From a virus (Duplodnaviria > Caudoviricetes), in the IMG/VR virus record IMGVR_UViG_3300037567_000988, positions 1 to 25,037 of that record: a stretch of DNA of 25,037 bases, one strand, 5' to 3'. Within the stretch, counting starts at the first letter, position 1. Each line of letters opens with the position of its first letter. This document shows, in pieces, positions 1 to 9,812 of this stretch. The position numbers were made by a program, and so were the translations under genes. The notes under the pieces were generated by a model, which saw nothing but the letters and a program-made list of their open reading frames with translations, had not been told where the DNA came from and ran no database searches.

Positions 1-384
1 AAATAGTACTTTGACTGCTTTTTTTAACCTAGGCTTTTTATCAATCCTAAGAGTGTATGATACTTCTTTTTCGCCGTGAGAGAGCAGGCTATCAATCTGC
101 GTTTCGCTATCAAGAATCTTAGATCTAATTCTTTCAATATGGTTGAGCAGTTGCTCAATCTTCTTGTCAACAATCTCAGCTTCTTCTGGAGTTAGCGGCA
201 GTTTTGGTTTAGATGACAAGAGCTCTGAGAGAGCCCTTTTATTGTTAACGCTTCTTATGCTCTTTTGTTTTTCCTGAACAGAAGTAACATTAACGAATTC
301 TCTAATCCTGAGATTCTTTGGTAAAAATTGTGGCTGGTACAGATCATCAAATATTGATGTTGGATCACTCTTCTGCCTGGACAT
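1..384 (-). CDS. Hypothetical protein, 3'-truncated by the window edge (MSRQKSDPTSIFDDLYQPQF...)
   Basis: ATG at 384 overlaps the TAA of the upstream gene (TAATG). The frame is open for 128 codons to position 1. Translated by hand; absent from the ORF track because it is incomplete. Confidence 0.8.
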   Translation of the reverse strand, partial: MSRQKSDPTSIFDDLYQPQFLPKNLRIREFVNVTSVQEKQKSIRSVNNKRALSELLSSKPKLPLTPEEAEIVDKKIEQLLNHIERIRSKILDSETQIDSLLSHGEKEVSYTLRIDKKPRLKKAVKVLF

Positions 385-818
385 TACGCACCGACTTTTC
401 TAATGAAATAAGAAACTTTCACTTGCATGTTCTCTCGAAGCTGAGCTGGCTCTGCTCCTGGACAGTATACTCGAATCCAAATGGGATGATTCGTAAATGT
501 ATCCGCTGCCTCCGTAGTTCCAATATCAGGAATTGCAAGAGCATCTCCTGAGCGAAGTAGATCCCATTCAACCTCTGTTGGTCGCCTTTTACCATACATA
601 AGCTTTACGGACCAGCCCGTTGTTCCGAATCCACCTGCGTCATTGTAGCCACCAATAAACTCAGGTGTAAGAATTATATTAGTATAATAAATAGAAGAAT
701 CATGGTTTCTTAAATACCATAGCTCTTCGTGAGCTTGGCCAAGATATCCATTATGATAAGTTCTTAAGGGATCTGCATTGAAGGGCTGCAGCGCCTCATC
801 GTAAATTGTCAGTGCCAT
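384..818 (-). CDS. Hypothetical protein (144 aa), possibly virion-associated
   Basis: Part of the translationally coupled minus-strand operon, with TAATG overlaps at both ends. No recognisable motif. Confidence 0.8.
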   Translation of the reverse strand: MALTIYDEALQPFNADPLRTYHNGYLGQAHEELWYLRNHDSSIYYTNIILTPEFIGGYNDAGGFGTTGWSVKLMYGKRRPTEVEWDLLRSGDALAIPDIGTTEAADTFTNHPIWIRVYCPGAEPAQLRENMQVKVSYFIRKVGA

Positions 819-1663
819 TAAATTCTACTCCCACGAGTTTGGTTGAACCCTCTTGAGTGATTCTTCTTCCTGTGACCGAAAACAGCTCCTCCGAGAGCGG
901 CTCCTGCAAACATAGCATGCCTGTCAGCACCATAGGTGCTTACCAATTCACCAGCTTTACCGAGAGTAGCAGCCCCAAAAGCCTCAGGATATTGTTTAGA
1001 AATATTCTTTGCAAAACCCGGAAACCCCCTAGCAGCGTAGCGGGCTCCAAAACCTAGAGTAGCTCCTGTAAGGGCTCCTCTAGGAACGTCTGTCCAGTCT
1101 CCTGTTGCAAATGCTGCGACACCACCAATGCCAGCTGTTGCTGCAGTTCCGAGTCCACCTCCAGCCTCCAGCCAACCACCAGCGCCAGCCATTCCACCTG
1201 TAGGTGTAAATTGGTCTGCTGGGGGTACTATTGGACCTTTGTTAGAAGCTGGTGATGGCGCTGAGCCTTTTGCTCCTGGCAGCTCTATTTTTCCCGTGGT
1301 CTCGTTGAGCTTGAGGGGAGCGCCTCCTGTTACTTCGCTAAGGGGCATTACGGGTGGCTTTCCCGGCGTTATGTTGGAAACTTGCTGAACTAGCGATGCT
1401 TTTGGCGGAGGACCCCTTCGGGCAACATCTATTATGCTGTCGACCTCGGGAGCACGGCCAGTTCGAAATTGTTCATCCATAAGGCTAGGATGGGGATATT
1501 CATCTACGTCGTACATCAGGGCATTAGTCTTAGGTTCTCTTGCACTTGCCCCTCCCCTTGTTGGCAACGGAGGTGCCTTTTTGCCGAAAGGGAGTGCCTC
1601 AGCCACTCTCTGTAAGAGGCTTGGCTTTGTCTGTTTCGAAAGTAAATTGATTTTCATTGCCAT
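818..1663 (-). CDS. Pro-rich then Gly/Ala-rich hydrophobic protein (281 aa), possible internal virion/ejection protein
   Basis: AGGAGA SD upstream. GxxxG-rich hydrophobic segments in the C-terminal half and a basic tail. Function is inferred from composition and position only. Confidence 0.75.
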   Translation of the reverse strand: MAMKINLLSKQTKPSLLQRVAEALPFGKKAPPLPTRGGASAREPKTNALMYDVDEYPHPSLMDEQFRTGRAPEVDSIIDVARRGPPPKASLVQQVSNITPGKPPVMPLSEVTGGAPLKLNETTGKIELPGAKGSAPSPASNKGPIVPPADQFTPTGGMAGAGGWLEAGGGLGTAATAGIGGVAAFATGDWTDVPRGALTGATLGFGARYAARGFPGFAKNISKQYPEAFGAATLGKAGELVSTYGADRHAMFAGAALGGAVFGHRKKNHSRGFNQTRGSRI

Positions 1664-1665
1664 GG

Positions 1666-3936
1666 TTATCTCCTACCAAACTTTCCACGACCTTTTCGTC
1701 GAGATGGGCCTCTCCGGCCCGGTTCCACCCTGTGAGGTTTAGAAAGTTCTTTTACACTGTTAATACTTTCCATGTCGAATTCGTGACCCATACCATGGTT
1801 AGACTTCTTTGCAAGACCCCCGAATATAGATTCAGTGTCCTTTTTTGGACGACCTATCTCACCACGTGAACGCCTCTTGCCAAAGTGTCCGCTTGCCAAC
1901 TGCTCTTCAGCTTTATATTTTTGCTTTATTAGTCGGTCATCTTCAAGCCCTTGACCTCTAATAATCTTTAACACATTAGCAATAACAGGAACACCGTGCT
2001 TTTGAGCACCCCTTATTATATCGTCCGCTTCTTGATGAGGAGAGATATAATCGTCTTGACTGGAGTCACCTCTTGCAACAAGAGCAGGCCTAGATATAGG
2101 CAAACTCTTTCCACTATAGACAGACTCTTCTAGAGAAAGTCCAGCTAAGGCAAGCATCATTGCGTCTAGCCTGTGATCGCCAATAATCTTGTTATCCATA
2201 CCATATACAGGGCGATGTGTGCTGCCGCTTCTTCTTACTATAATATAGTTCATTAGCTGCTTGGTTAACACCTCGTCAGATTCAGGATAAAAGAACTTAC
2301 CGTCCTCGATGATCCTGACAGCATTTTCTACAATAAAATGCTTTCCTGGCTTCTTTAAAATAGAACCATCAATTGGATCTCTGAGCTCTACGTTAGAAGA
2401 GAAGTTAAATGATACAAGGCGGTCTTCTAGCTTAACTGTCTCCTTGTCCATCAAGGACTTGGTTGGTTTGCCTTTAAGTCTATGAGCATATAGAAGAATG
2501 TCTTCGATGATGGTGTGTCCGTAACCTTCATCGGCATAGATCCAGTCTGGCTTCCACTTGTAGTTTAAACGTATTACTTCTTCCATCCATTTCTTAGCGG
2601 AAAACTCTGAAGCAGCTACATTTATCCCCTCTAAAGCTATCCACCTTCCACTGGAAGCGGAATACCCAATGACAAAGAATTCTGTTCCTGCGTTTTTATT
2701 CCAGTCAATGCCCATACAAATAATCATATTTGCTGGGTCTGATATTCCCATACGATTTCTTAGAAACTCGTAGTTTGCTACCTGTTCGTATGTATAGTCT
2801 GCTCGTGCAGCTTGTATCCAGGATGGGCGGAAAACTCCGTATTTACTCTCAACGAACTCCGCCATGTACTCTGCAGCAAAACTTTCTTTAGTACTTTCTT
2901 TTTCTAGCTCTTCTTTAATCTTATCCCAGTGCGGAAGAACGCTTGAGGGATAGTAATCTTCTTTAAAGTCGGGCCTATCAAGACACCAAGAGTAAAACTT
3001 AGCTCTTTTTCCAATAGGTGTTGATGTTGCAAGCAACCAAACCTCTGGCTTGGTGAGTAAGATAGGTGTAATGACCTTGTCTAGAATTTCTTCTGGGATC
3101 ATGTCCATCTCATCGAGATAAATGATATCAGCTGATGCACCTCGAATAGTACCACCGCCGGAGCCATCTCCCTTTACTCCCAGACCAGAAACAAAACCTA
3201 CTATCCTTGCCCCATTAACAAACTCCATCTTAAACATAGGAGTCTTAATATATAGGTTGTCACCAGTTCCAGAGGATACTGCAGCTGTTAGCTCAACATT
3301 TCTTTTTATAAGAGCTTCTATCTCATTAAAGATGTTTATTAGCTGTGATTGGTATGGTGTAACTACCATAATGATCGGGCCTGAAAGAACTGCTTCGCCC
3401 TGAGCATCACGACCTTGCTCTACCTTAAGGTTGTAAGCATAGTGAATAAGCTTAAGTGCCATAGCAAAAGTCTTGCCGGCTCGTCGGCCTTCTCGAATAG
3501 AGGTACGAAAAGCAGTACATCTCAGCTGCTCTTTCTGATAGGGCCGAAGACTCCACTTCTCATCATCATCGCTAAATCCAAACATCAGTTCGGACCAAGC
3601 TACCGGATCTATAGTTGAAAGAAGTATCTTCTTCGCTCTTTCAAGAGGAATGTCCGATGCGATTGCTAAGTCTTTTATCCTAGCTGAAGCTCCAGCGGGA
3701 AGAGCTCTTGGTATGTAGCTGCAGGCAATTTTAAACTCTTTAACGCCAGCGCTTTTATACTTTGAAATCTGTCGTATCTGACAGTTTATACAAGTTCTGT
3801 GTACGTCGGTCCTGATGCCGTATTTATCTTTGTAATGCTCAACCAGCCTTGGGTCTGGTTTCGCGTTCGGGTCCTGGTGCTTGTAGCCATATTCGTTAAC
3901 TACAAAAAGCTTATTTTCTAAGGCTTCTATACTCAT
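1666..3936 (-). CDS. terL: Terminase large subunit (756 aa)
   Basis: Adenine-binding LRPYQ, Walker A GRRAGKT, Walker B IIYLDE, coupling motif ATSTP, RNase H-like nuclease motifs MGIDWN, YADEG and DHRLDA. Confidence 0.93.
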   Translation of the reverse strand: MSIEALENKLFVVNEYGYKHQDPNAKPDPRLVEHYKDKYGIRTDVHRTCINCQIRQISKYKSAGVKEFKIACSYIPRALPAGASARIKDLAIASDIPLERAKKILLSTIDPVAWSELMFGFSDDDEKWSLRPYQKEQLRCTAFRTSIREGRRAGKTFAMALKLIHYAYNLKVEQGRDAQGEAVLSGPIIMVVTPYQSQLINIFNEIEALIKRNVELTAAVSSGTGDNLYIKTPMFKMEFVNGARIVGFVSGLGVKGDGSGGGTIRGASADIIYLDEMDMIPEEILDKVITPILLTKPEVWLLATSTPIGKRAKFYSWCLDRPDFKEDYYPSSVLPHWDKIKEELEKESTKESFAAEYMAEFVESKYGVFRPSWIQAARADYTYEQVANYEFLRNRMGISDPANMIICMGIDWNKNAGTEFFVIGYSASSGRWIALEGINVAASEFSAKKWMEEVIRLNYKWKPDWIYADEGYGHTIIEDILLYAHRLKGKPTKSLMDKETVKLEDRLVSFNFSSNVELRDPIDGSILKKPGKHFIVENAVRIIEDGKFFYPESDEVLTKQLMNYIIVRRSGSTHRPVYGMDNKIIGDHRLDAMMLALAGLSLEESVYSGKSLPISRPALVARGDSSQDDYISPHQEADDIIRGAQKHGVPVIANVLKIIRGQGLEDDRLIKQKYKAEEQLASGHFGKRRSRGEIGRPKKDTESIFGGLAKKSNHGMGHEFDMESINSVKELSKPHRVEPGRRGPSRRKGRGKFGRR

Positions 3937-3937
3937 C

Positions 3938-4858
3938 TTACCGACCGTATGAAGAGAAGTAGTTGCGAGGCATGTGCATCAGAGTTGCTTCTCCACCAAG
4001 AGCAGACCTAGCGTTTAAGTGTGAGTTCCTCATCTGTTGTACGGCTCTGGACCTCATCGTCATAGCGTTTTGCGTAAAGAACGAGGCGGTATCTCCAGCT
4101 GTATGAATCATCTTTGCATCTTGCCGCTGTCGATATCCTGTTTTCAACAAGGAGAATGCACCCTTTCCGGCAAGATAAGCCCCTCCCATTGAAACAGCAG
4201 CACCAGCAGCAACTAGTGGATGCCTTCCAATCAAGCCACCCACATAGCCACCAAAGAATGCTCCGGGAGCACCCAAAACAGACTGGCCCATGCTTGCACC
4301 AGTTCCTGCTCCAATTGCTGTTGTGAGAAAGCTAAACATTCCGCGAGATCGAGTAACGGTCTTGCCTGCTTCCGTAACTCTTCTAAAAGCATGAGCAGCA
4401 ATAGCAGAGCTTGTAGCCACATCCCAGATTCCCGCTTCTGCTGCCCCACCGATACCTGACTTTTCGCTAAGGTTGCCTTGATAGCCTTGGTATAAAAAGT
4501 AAGCACTTACTGCTGGACCAAGAGCTGACATCGCTGCCTTTCCTCCTGATGGTCTAAATGCATTTCTATAATGAGCAGCAGCATCAGCTTGGCTTGAAAA
4601 CTTATGTGTTCCTGCTTGAACTTGTCCCGCTCCAATAGCATCACTGGCATTAAGAATTTGCATCCCTGCTGGTCGACCAAATTCAGACGGAGCCGTTCTT
4701 AGGAATTGCTGACCTCCCCAGCCCCAGAGCGAAGATCCTTGCGGAGAGGTTATCCCAAAGTTTTTGAATCCAGTTTCTGGCATATACCCAGCAGTAAACA
4801 TAGCTCCCTGAGAGCTATAATTCTGAAAGCGCAGCATCATATCTTTTAAAAGACCCAT
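3938..4858 (-). CDS. Gly/Ala-rich protein with hydrophobic GxxxG segments (306 aa), possible internal virion protein
   Basis: Fills the gap between flanking genes with 1-4 nt spacing. Function is inferred from composition and context. Confidence 0.8.
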   Translation of the reverse strand: MGLLKDMMLRFQNYSSQGAMFTAGYMPETGFKNFGITSPQGSSLWGWGGQQFLRTAPSEFGRPAGMQILNASDAIGAGQVQAGTHKFSSQADAAAHYRNAFRPSGGKAAMSALGPAVSAYFLYQGYQGNLSEKSGIGGAAEAGIWDVATSSAIAAHAFRRVTEAGKTVTRSRGMFSFLTTAIGAGTGASMGQSVLGAPGAFFGGYVGGLIGRHPLVAAGAAVSMGGAYLAGKGAFSLLKTGYRQRQDAKMIHTAGDTASFFTQNAMTMRSRAVQQMRNSHLNARSALGGEATLMHMPRNYFSSYGR

Positions 4859-4862
4859 TTAA

Positions 4863-7800
4863 CTACATCCTGTGGTGCCCTATTGGGCTTTGAAACATTT
4901 GGTGATTTACTCTTCTCTGGGCCATGGCCATCTGTTGCCGGCGATCTTGAGCTGTACTCCTTGTACCGTAGATACGGTTTGCATTTGATGATCGATGTGT
5001 CCAAACACTGTTAGTCGATCCAAGCGTATCCAATACTAGTGCCTTGTCAAGGCTACCATAATTACCCCTTCTACGTAATCTATTAGTAACTGAAGAACCT
5101 CTTGTCGAACTCATCTTAGCAGTGTCCTCCAGCATTTCAGATAAGTAGCTGTTATGTGGAGCATTTTTTCGTCGCATAAGGATCGGATCTTGGTAATCCG
5201 GCCTGTAACCGGCATCGTTAAATCTTTTCCCAATGAAGGCTGCTTCAGTTGCAGCAGCATTTCCGTAGAAACCCTGTGCTTCTGCATTCTGCATCAAGGA
5301 GGTAGCAGACATCATCGTTGCGTTCTTAGCAATCTTGTCGATTTGCGTAAACGTATTGAAAGTAATTGTCTGCCCTGATGCTGTTGTTATATCCCTATAG
5401 GCTTGGAAGAATGGGGTTCCCCACATACCTCGATCAGCACCTTGCGAGAGCTTATTCGCTCTACTAAACATTTGCTGATCATACATTTCTAAAACGCCCT
5501 TCTTCTTGAAGGGCAGGTATGAAGCCAATCCACGCTTCAGCAGATCAACATTTATATTTCGGCCATCGTCATAAACCATACCAACAGCACGACCATAAGT
5601 TATATTGTTCGGGTCGAAAATGAGTTCGAGGTTGCTCGATCCAGAAAGAATCTGCTGTAAAGCAATTTTACCTGCGTTGGCATACGGCTGAGCTCTGTGA
5701 AAGCCACTACCTCCGGCGTGTTCGGTTTCTGGAGCATCGATACCAGCTAGGCGGAATTTGACAGCTCCTACACCTTTATCAAAACCGAAAAAGCCGTTCA
5801 ATGCACCCGCTACCCCTGCACGTTTAACAACAATTGTATCGGCGTCTTCAGCTTCTGCTCGCCACCTTCCGCTAGATAGATCTATTCTTAGTAAGTTTCG
5901 TCCTCTAAGACCTGCATACGCTTGGGTGTCTAGAACTGTTTCTACTGGTCCATCTATATATTGATGTACTGTCGACACAGCAGCTTTAGTTGAAAATAAG
6001 CTTCGAATACTGCTACTGAAAGAATGAGCATCTCCACCTGAATCTACCCTTAAGCTTCTGAGACCTTTAATGACACTTGTTTCAGGATCGAGATGCTGTG
6101 CGACATACATGAATCGGAGATACTTCTCTCTTTCTGCAAGAAGCTCTTGCTGTTGAAAAACAGCTTGTGTAGCAATTGGACCCTGATAGGGAGAGCCAAA
6201 GTCAGAGAAGTAACCTCGTTTCCTGCCAGCAACTCCACCCTCTTGCATACCGCTAAAGGGCTGAGCTTCTAGCCATCTTTTGTAATCCATAGTATGCAGA
6301 GATGCTGGGCGATCTCGATCTCCACCCCTTTGCCCTCCAGCAAACCCTACTATTCCTAGAGCTGCGGCAGCCAATCCAACTCTAGCTCCCATCCCCCGAG
6401 GAATCGGCAAGTCGGCCAAGCCTCTACGAGCTGCTGCTAACCGTGCAGCACCACCAGGAGGTCTACCCATAGCCTCTCTGGAGAGAAGATTCTGCCAACG
6501 ACCACTTGATTGTAATTGTTTGGCTTCTTGTCGGAACAATGTTTCTGGACGTCTCTCTGCATAGCGGACTGAAGCCTGACGAAGTCTCTCTGCATTTATA
6601 ATTTCTGCTTCATTACCCCGCATCCTGATAGCACCTGACTTCTCTAGGTACCTGTGTAGCCTCGCAGTTTCTTTGTCAAAATCTGCTGCTCCGTATTGTC
6701 CGGTTGACCTCATATACTCAAGTGCAGCTTCTCCACTAAAGAATGGGTTTGTTACTGGTATGTTTATAGGAGCTTTTATTCGGGCACCTTCTCTTGTTAC
6801 TTGTTCGATAGCACCAGCCTTGTAATGGCTAAACTGCCATGTAGCGGGTTTGGGAGTTCGCCCTTCTTGCCCTGCAAGAGTAATTTCTTTTGCAAAGTCC
6901 TCATACATCCTTGTCACTCTCTTGACAAGATTGCCACTCTGGATGGCGGGAGCAAGCTCTTCCTTTAGCTTACCGTATATCATGGCTTCATATAGAAGCC
7001 CACGGCCTGATTTTGCCTGCTCAAGAAACTCCTTGCCTGCAGCACTGCCAATAGATACCTGTCTAAGAGCTTCTGTACGGTCCAAAGTTCCGGTTAGAAC
7101 ACGTTCGGATAGAATATTATCTAAAGCAGCAACGTGAGGCTCTGACATGGAGAGACTCTTCGATACTAAATCCCACCTACCGCCTGTTGCAGCCTGTGTT
7201 GCGTGCTCAAGCCTCCAACTGGATTCTATTCCTAGAGAATAAAGAGGTCCACCCTTCTTCATTACCCCCAGTTCTTGCATGTAAGATTGCTGAGCCTTAA
7301 TAACGTCGATGATATCGCGGACTTCGCCTGTACCTGGGCGGGTGTGTTTGAGGTACGCCTCGTATACCCCTCTCCAGTCACCCGTTCTAGCAGCTAGAGC
7401 CTTTGCTCTCTGTACTTCAACTCCAGTCACATAGAGCATCTCAGAGCCACGCATGCTCGTTGCTGGTAGGATGTCTCTGAGCCCAGTGGCTTGCCGTAGC
7501 TGCCTGTGTAGTTGCTCCTCGTCAATCAATCCCGCAGCGTGAGCGTCTCTTGCAGCCCGCTCTAACAGCGAGATCTGGGCTCCAAATTGCTTTGACTCAA
7601 ACTGCGCGTTTGCCACCCAGATGGTATGCCCTTTTAGTTTCCGCATTAGTGCAGAATCAGGCTGTAACGCTTCCGACATAGCAAGCCGATGGGTTTTGAA
7701 GTTTTTTGCATCTACTCCAAGTTTTTTCACCTGGGCCTGCATGTAGGCATCTTGCTGAGCTAAAGTTTTTACTTTGCCTTCAGCATCAGGGAACCATGGA

Positions 7801-8222
7801 TAAGCCTCTTCTTTTATCATCTTGTAAAGCCAGGTATCATCTGACTTCAGCATCTTCATCAATTCGCTTGGCGATATGTCTTGGGAAAGACGCTCTACTT
7901 TGCCTCTCATCATGAGGACTCGCGCCGTTATAGCATCCTGCCAGCCTAGGGGCTTACCCCTCTTGCCAAGCTGTGCCGCTCTCTCCGCGAGTTCAGGAGA
8001 AGCAGCGAATTTGTCACTATAGCTAGACGTCAGCCCGAGTACATCCGACTGTCGCAAATTTTCCGCCACGGTTAGATGGGGGCGGAGGATAAACTGATCT
8101 AGCTCCCGTGTTCCAAGATTAAGTATAGAGATCTCATGGATCGCAGATATCTCCCGCATCAAGCCAAGAGTTTCTGTATCTGCGATTATGGCTTGTTGTA
8201 GTAGTGAGTGAGTACTTCCCAT
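4863..8222 (-). CDS. Large protein (1119 aa): N-terminal DEDDh/DnaQ-like exonuclease domain plus C-terminal staphylococcal nuclease (SNase/thermonuclease) domain
   Basis: ExoI IIADTETLGL, ExoII-like VANAQFE, ExoIII HVAALD. SNase motifs EDADTI, FRLAGIDAPE, QPYA, YGR, NVDLLKRGLA and RGMWG lie at about 5420-5860. Confidence 0.85.
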   Translation of the reverse strand: MGSTHSLLQQAIIADTETLGLMREISAIHEISILNLGTRELDQFILRPHLTVAENLRQSDVLGLTSSYSDKFAASPELAERAAQLGKRGKPLGWQDAITARVLMMRGKVERLSQDISPSELMKMLKSDDTWLYKMIKEEAYPWFPDAEGKVKTLAQQDAYMQAQVKKLGVDAKNFKTHRLAMSEALQPDSALMRKLKGHTIWVANAQFESKQFGAQISLLERAARDAHAAGLIDEEQLHRQLRQATGLRDILPATSMRGSEMLYVTGVEVQRAKALAARTGDWRGVYEAYLKHTRPGTGEVRDIIDVIKAQQSYMQELGVMKKGGPLYSLGIESSWRLEHATQAATGGRWDLVSKSLSMSEPHVAALDNILSERVLTGTLDRTEALRQVSIGSAAGKEFLEQAKSGRGLLYEAMIYGKLKEELAPAIQSGNLVKRVTRMYEDFAKEITLAGQEGRTPKPATWQFSHYKAGAIEQVTREGARIKAPINIPVTNPFFSGEAALEYMRSTGQYGAADFDKETARLHRYLEKSGAIRMRGNEAEIINAERLRQASVRYAERRPETLFRQEAKQLQSSGRWQNLLSREAMGRPPGGAARLAAARRGLADLPIPRGMGARVGLAAAALGIVGFAGGQRGGDRDRPASLHTMDYKRWLEAQPFSGMQEGGVAGRKRGYFSDFGSPYQGPIATQAVFQQQELLAEREKYLRFMYVAQHLDPETSVIKGLRSLRVDSGGDAHSFSSSIRSLFSTKAAVSTVHQYIDGPVETVLDTQAYAGLRGRNLLRIDLSSGRWRAEAEDADTIVVKRAGVAGALNGFFGFDKGVGAVKFRLAGIDAPETEHAGGSGFHRAQPYANAGKIALQQILSGSSNLELIFDPNNITYGRAVGMVYDDGRNINVDLLKRGLASYLPFKKKGVLEMYDQQMFSRANKLSQGADRGMWGTPFFQAYRDITTASGQTITFNTFTQIDKIAKNATMMSATSLMQNAEAQGFYGNAAATEAAFIGKRFNDAGYRPDYQDPILMRRKNAPHNSYLSEMLEDTAKMSSTRGSSVTNRLRRRGNYGSLDKALVLDTLGSTNSVWTHRSSNANRIYGTRSTAQDRRQQMAMAQRRVNHQMFQSPIGHHRM

Positions 8223-8993
8223 TTAATCGTCCAGTAATACCTCGTCAGACATTTCTAACTTTAAAGGCTCGTCGGTTTCGAGGCTGGTTATGGCTGTTCG
8301 CAGTTTTTCTATTTCAGCTAGGATCCTACTATCATTATGTGCTCCTCCCACCTTGGCTGCCCAGTCGGCTTTCGCCTTTCTCGTTTCCATCAGCTTATCC
8401 AGCCAGTTCTGTCGCCGCTTCTCAAGCTTATCTAGCATCTCGACAGCAGGGTGGAGCTTCGCTGTCTCTGCGGTTTCTCCGTGCTCGCTAAAGCCCAGGA
8501 TGTCCACCCGCATAAAATCCCTTCCCTGTCCGCTCTTATCACCCGCTGACATCACCATTAAGGATCTATTCTTATAGAGGTCGATTAGAGCTAACTCATT
8601 CACTATTGACATCTCTACAGGGTTAGCCGGGTCAACGTTTAAGTGCTCTACATACTCGATAATTTTTTGCTGCATATAGAATTTCTCAAGTATACACTCT
8701 CTGCCCATAGGGTAGTTCTCAATGTCCCCGAATTCCACTGCCCCCTTGGGATCTCTTTCTGGAATGGGACACTTGGCTATAAAAGGGCATTTCTCTGGCC
8801 CAAGACACATGATTGGGGCCACCGCGTGTAGCCCCGTCTGGATCCGGTTGATTGAGTTAACAATCCGCTGCTTTTTTTCCGGGGGTAGGCTTTCGAGATA
8901 GTTTTCGTACTCCGGCTCTATTACTGATATCTGATCTATTATCTCTTGTCTGGTTGGGACTACAGCAAGCTTTAGGGTTGTTTTATCACTCAT
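8223..8993 (-). CDS. Cys-cluster protein (256 aa), candidate terminase small subunit
   Basis: C-x5-C-x5-C...C cluster. The C-terminal HPAVEML...LMETRKAK resembles the NPA...LGLTPxSR pattern of P27-type TerS. It lies upstream of terL in the same operon. The CDS is well supported; the function is tentative. Confidence 0.6.
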   Translation of the reverse strand: MSDKTTLKLAVVPTRQEIIDQISVIEPEYENYLESLPPEKKQRIVNSINRIQTGLHAVAPIMCLGPEKCPFIAKCPIPERDPKGAVEFGDIENYPMGRECILEKFYMQQKIIEYVEHLNVDPANPVEMSIVNELALIDLYKNRSLMVMSAGDKSGQGRDFMRVDILGFSEHGETAETAKLHPAVEMLDKLEKRRQNWLDKLMETRKAKADWAAKVGGAHNDSRILAEIEKLRTAITSLETDEPLKLEMSDEVLLDD

Positions 8994-9276
8994 CGCTTTT
9001 CCGTTTTATATAATCCAGAATGTTTATAACATCTGCATCATGTGGGGTTGGAATGGTACCAATCTCATGACTGGAGTCTTCCAACTGTATGATTGTGGAG
9101 ACATCACCAGTAACTTCTGCTGGAATCGCACTGAGAATTATGCTGGCCGTATTATATCCAGGTGGACCTCCGACAGTCCAGGAAGCTACTGCTACATCTG
9201 CCAGGTGTTCACCTGTCTTAGCATGTACAAGGAAGGTTCCATCCAAGGTTCCATCAGAAATGAGTTTGATCTTCAC
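8986..9276 (-). CDS. Hypothetical protein (96 aa)
   Basis: GTG start with GAGGAG upstream; overlaps both neighbours. Confidence 0.7.
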   Translation of the reverse strand: MKIKLISDGTLDGTFLVHAKTGEHLADVAVASWTVGGPPGYNTASIILSAIPAEVTGDVSTIIQLEDSSHEIGTIPTPHDADVINILDYIKRKSDE

Positions 9277-9523
9277 TAGGCTCCTCTAGTTCTGCTAAGG
9301 CTATGGCTACTATGTCGCTTATCTTGGTTAGGTGGCCGCGAAGATCTGAGAGTTGGTGTACGCCCAGCTCTTTAGTTCGCTTGGCGAATGAGCATTCGAT
9401 ACCAAATTCAGAACCATCAACGAGGATTCGATAACGGTAGTAGTGGAACTGGTCTAGACCTTTAGCAAGACGAGTTAATTCATTAAGAGCATTAGAGTGG
9501 GCGTATAGTTCTTCTTCAGTCAT
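9254..9523 (-). CDS. Hypothetical protein (89 aa), first gene of the leftward operon
   Basis: ATG at 9523 with no SD, and an extended -10-like box 6 nt upstream. Confidence 0.7.
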   Translation of the reverse strand: MTEEELYAHSNALNELTRLAKGLDQFHYYRYRILVDGSEFGIECSFAKRTKELGVHQLSDLRGHLTKISDIVAIALAELEEPSEDQTHF

Positions 9524-9529
9524 AAAACC

Positions 9530-9538
9530 ATCATAGCA
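9530..9538 (-). promoter_or_regulatory. Possible extended -10 promoter (TGcTATGAT) giving a leaderless transcript
   Basis: The minus strand reads TGCTATGAT-GGTTTT-ATG, which would place +1 on the A of the start codon. No good -35. Confidence 0.4.
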
Positions 9539-9747
9539 TCTAGGGTAAACATGGGTTATGGCGGGCCGATATTGGAATTATAATATATTTTCAAAAAATA
9601 AGGGGCTAAACAGGCTAAACATACACGTAAGTACTTGAAAGTCAAGTGAAAACAGGGGGGAATGGCGGGAAATCTTCCGTAAGGGAAGGGGAAAGTTGTA
9701 AAAATAGTAGGGATAGGGGAGGTATTGGTTATTACTTTTAAGTTTTA

Positions 9748-9795
9748 GTGGGGTTTTTAGCCCACCCCCCTTTTTTATTTAACGAGCGATTGCTC
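9748..9795 (+). promoter_or_regulatory. Cassette element copy 1 (putative phage promoter)
   Basis: GTGGG/CCCAC hairpin, CCCCTTTTTTATTTAAC-G(9784), then a GAGC-gatt-GCTC hairpin. There is no same-strand gene upstream. Confidence 0.7.
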
Positions 9796-9812
9796 AGAAA
9801 GGGGTAAGCAAC

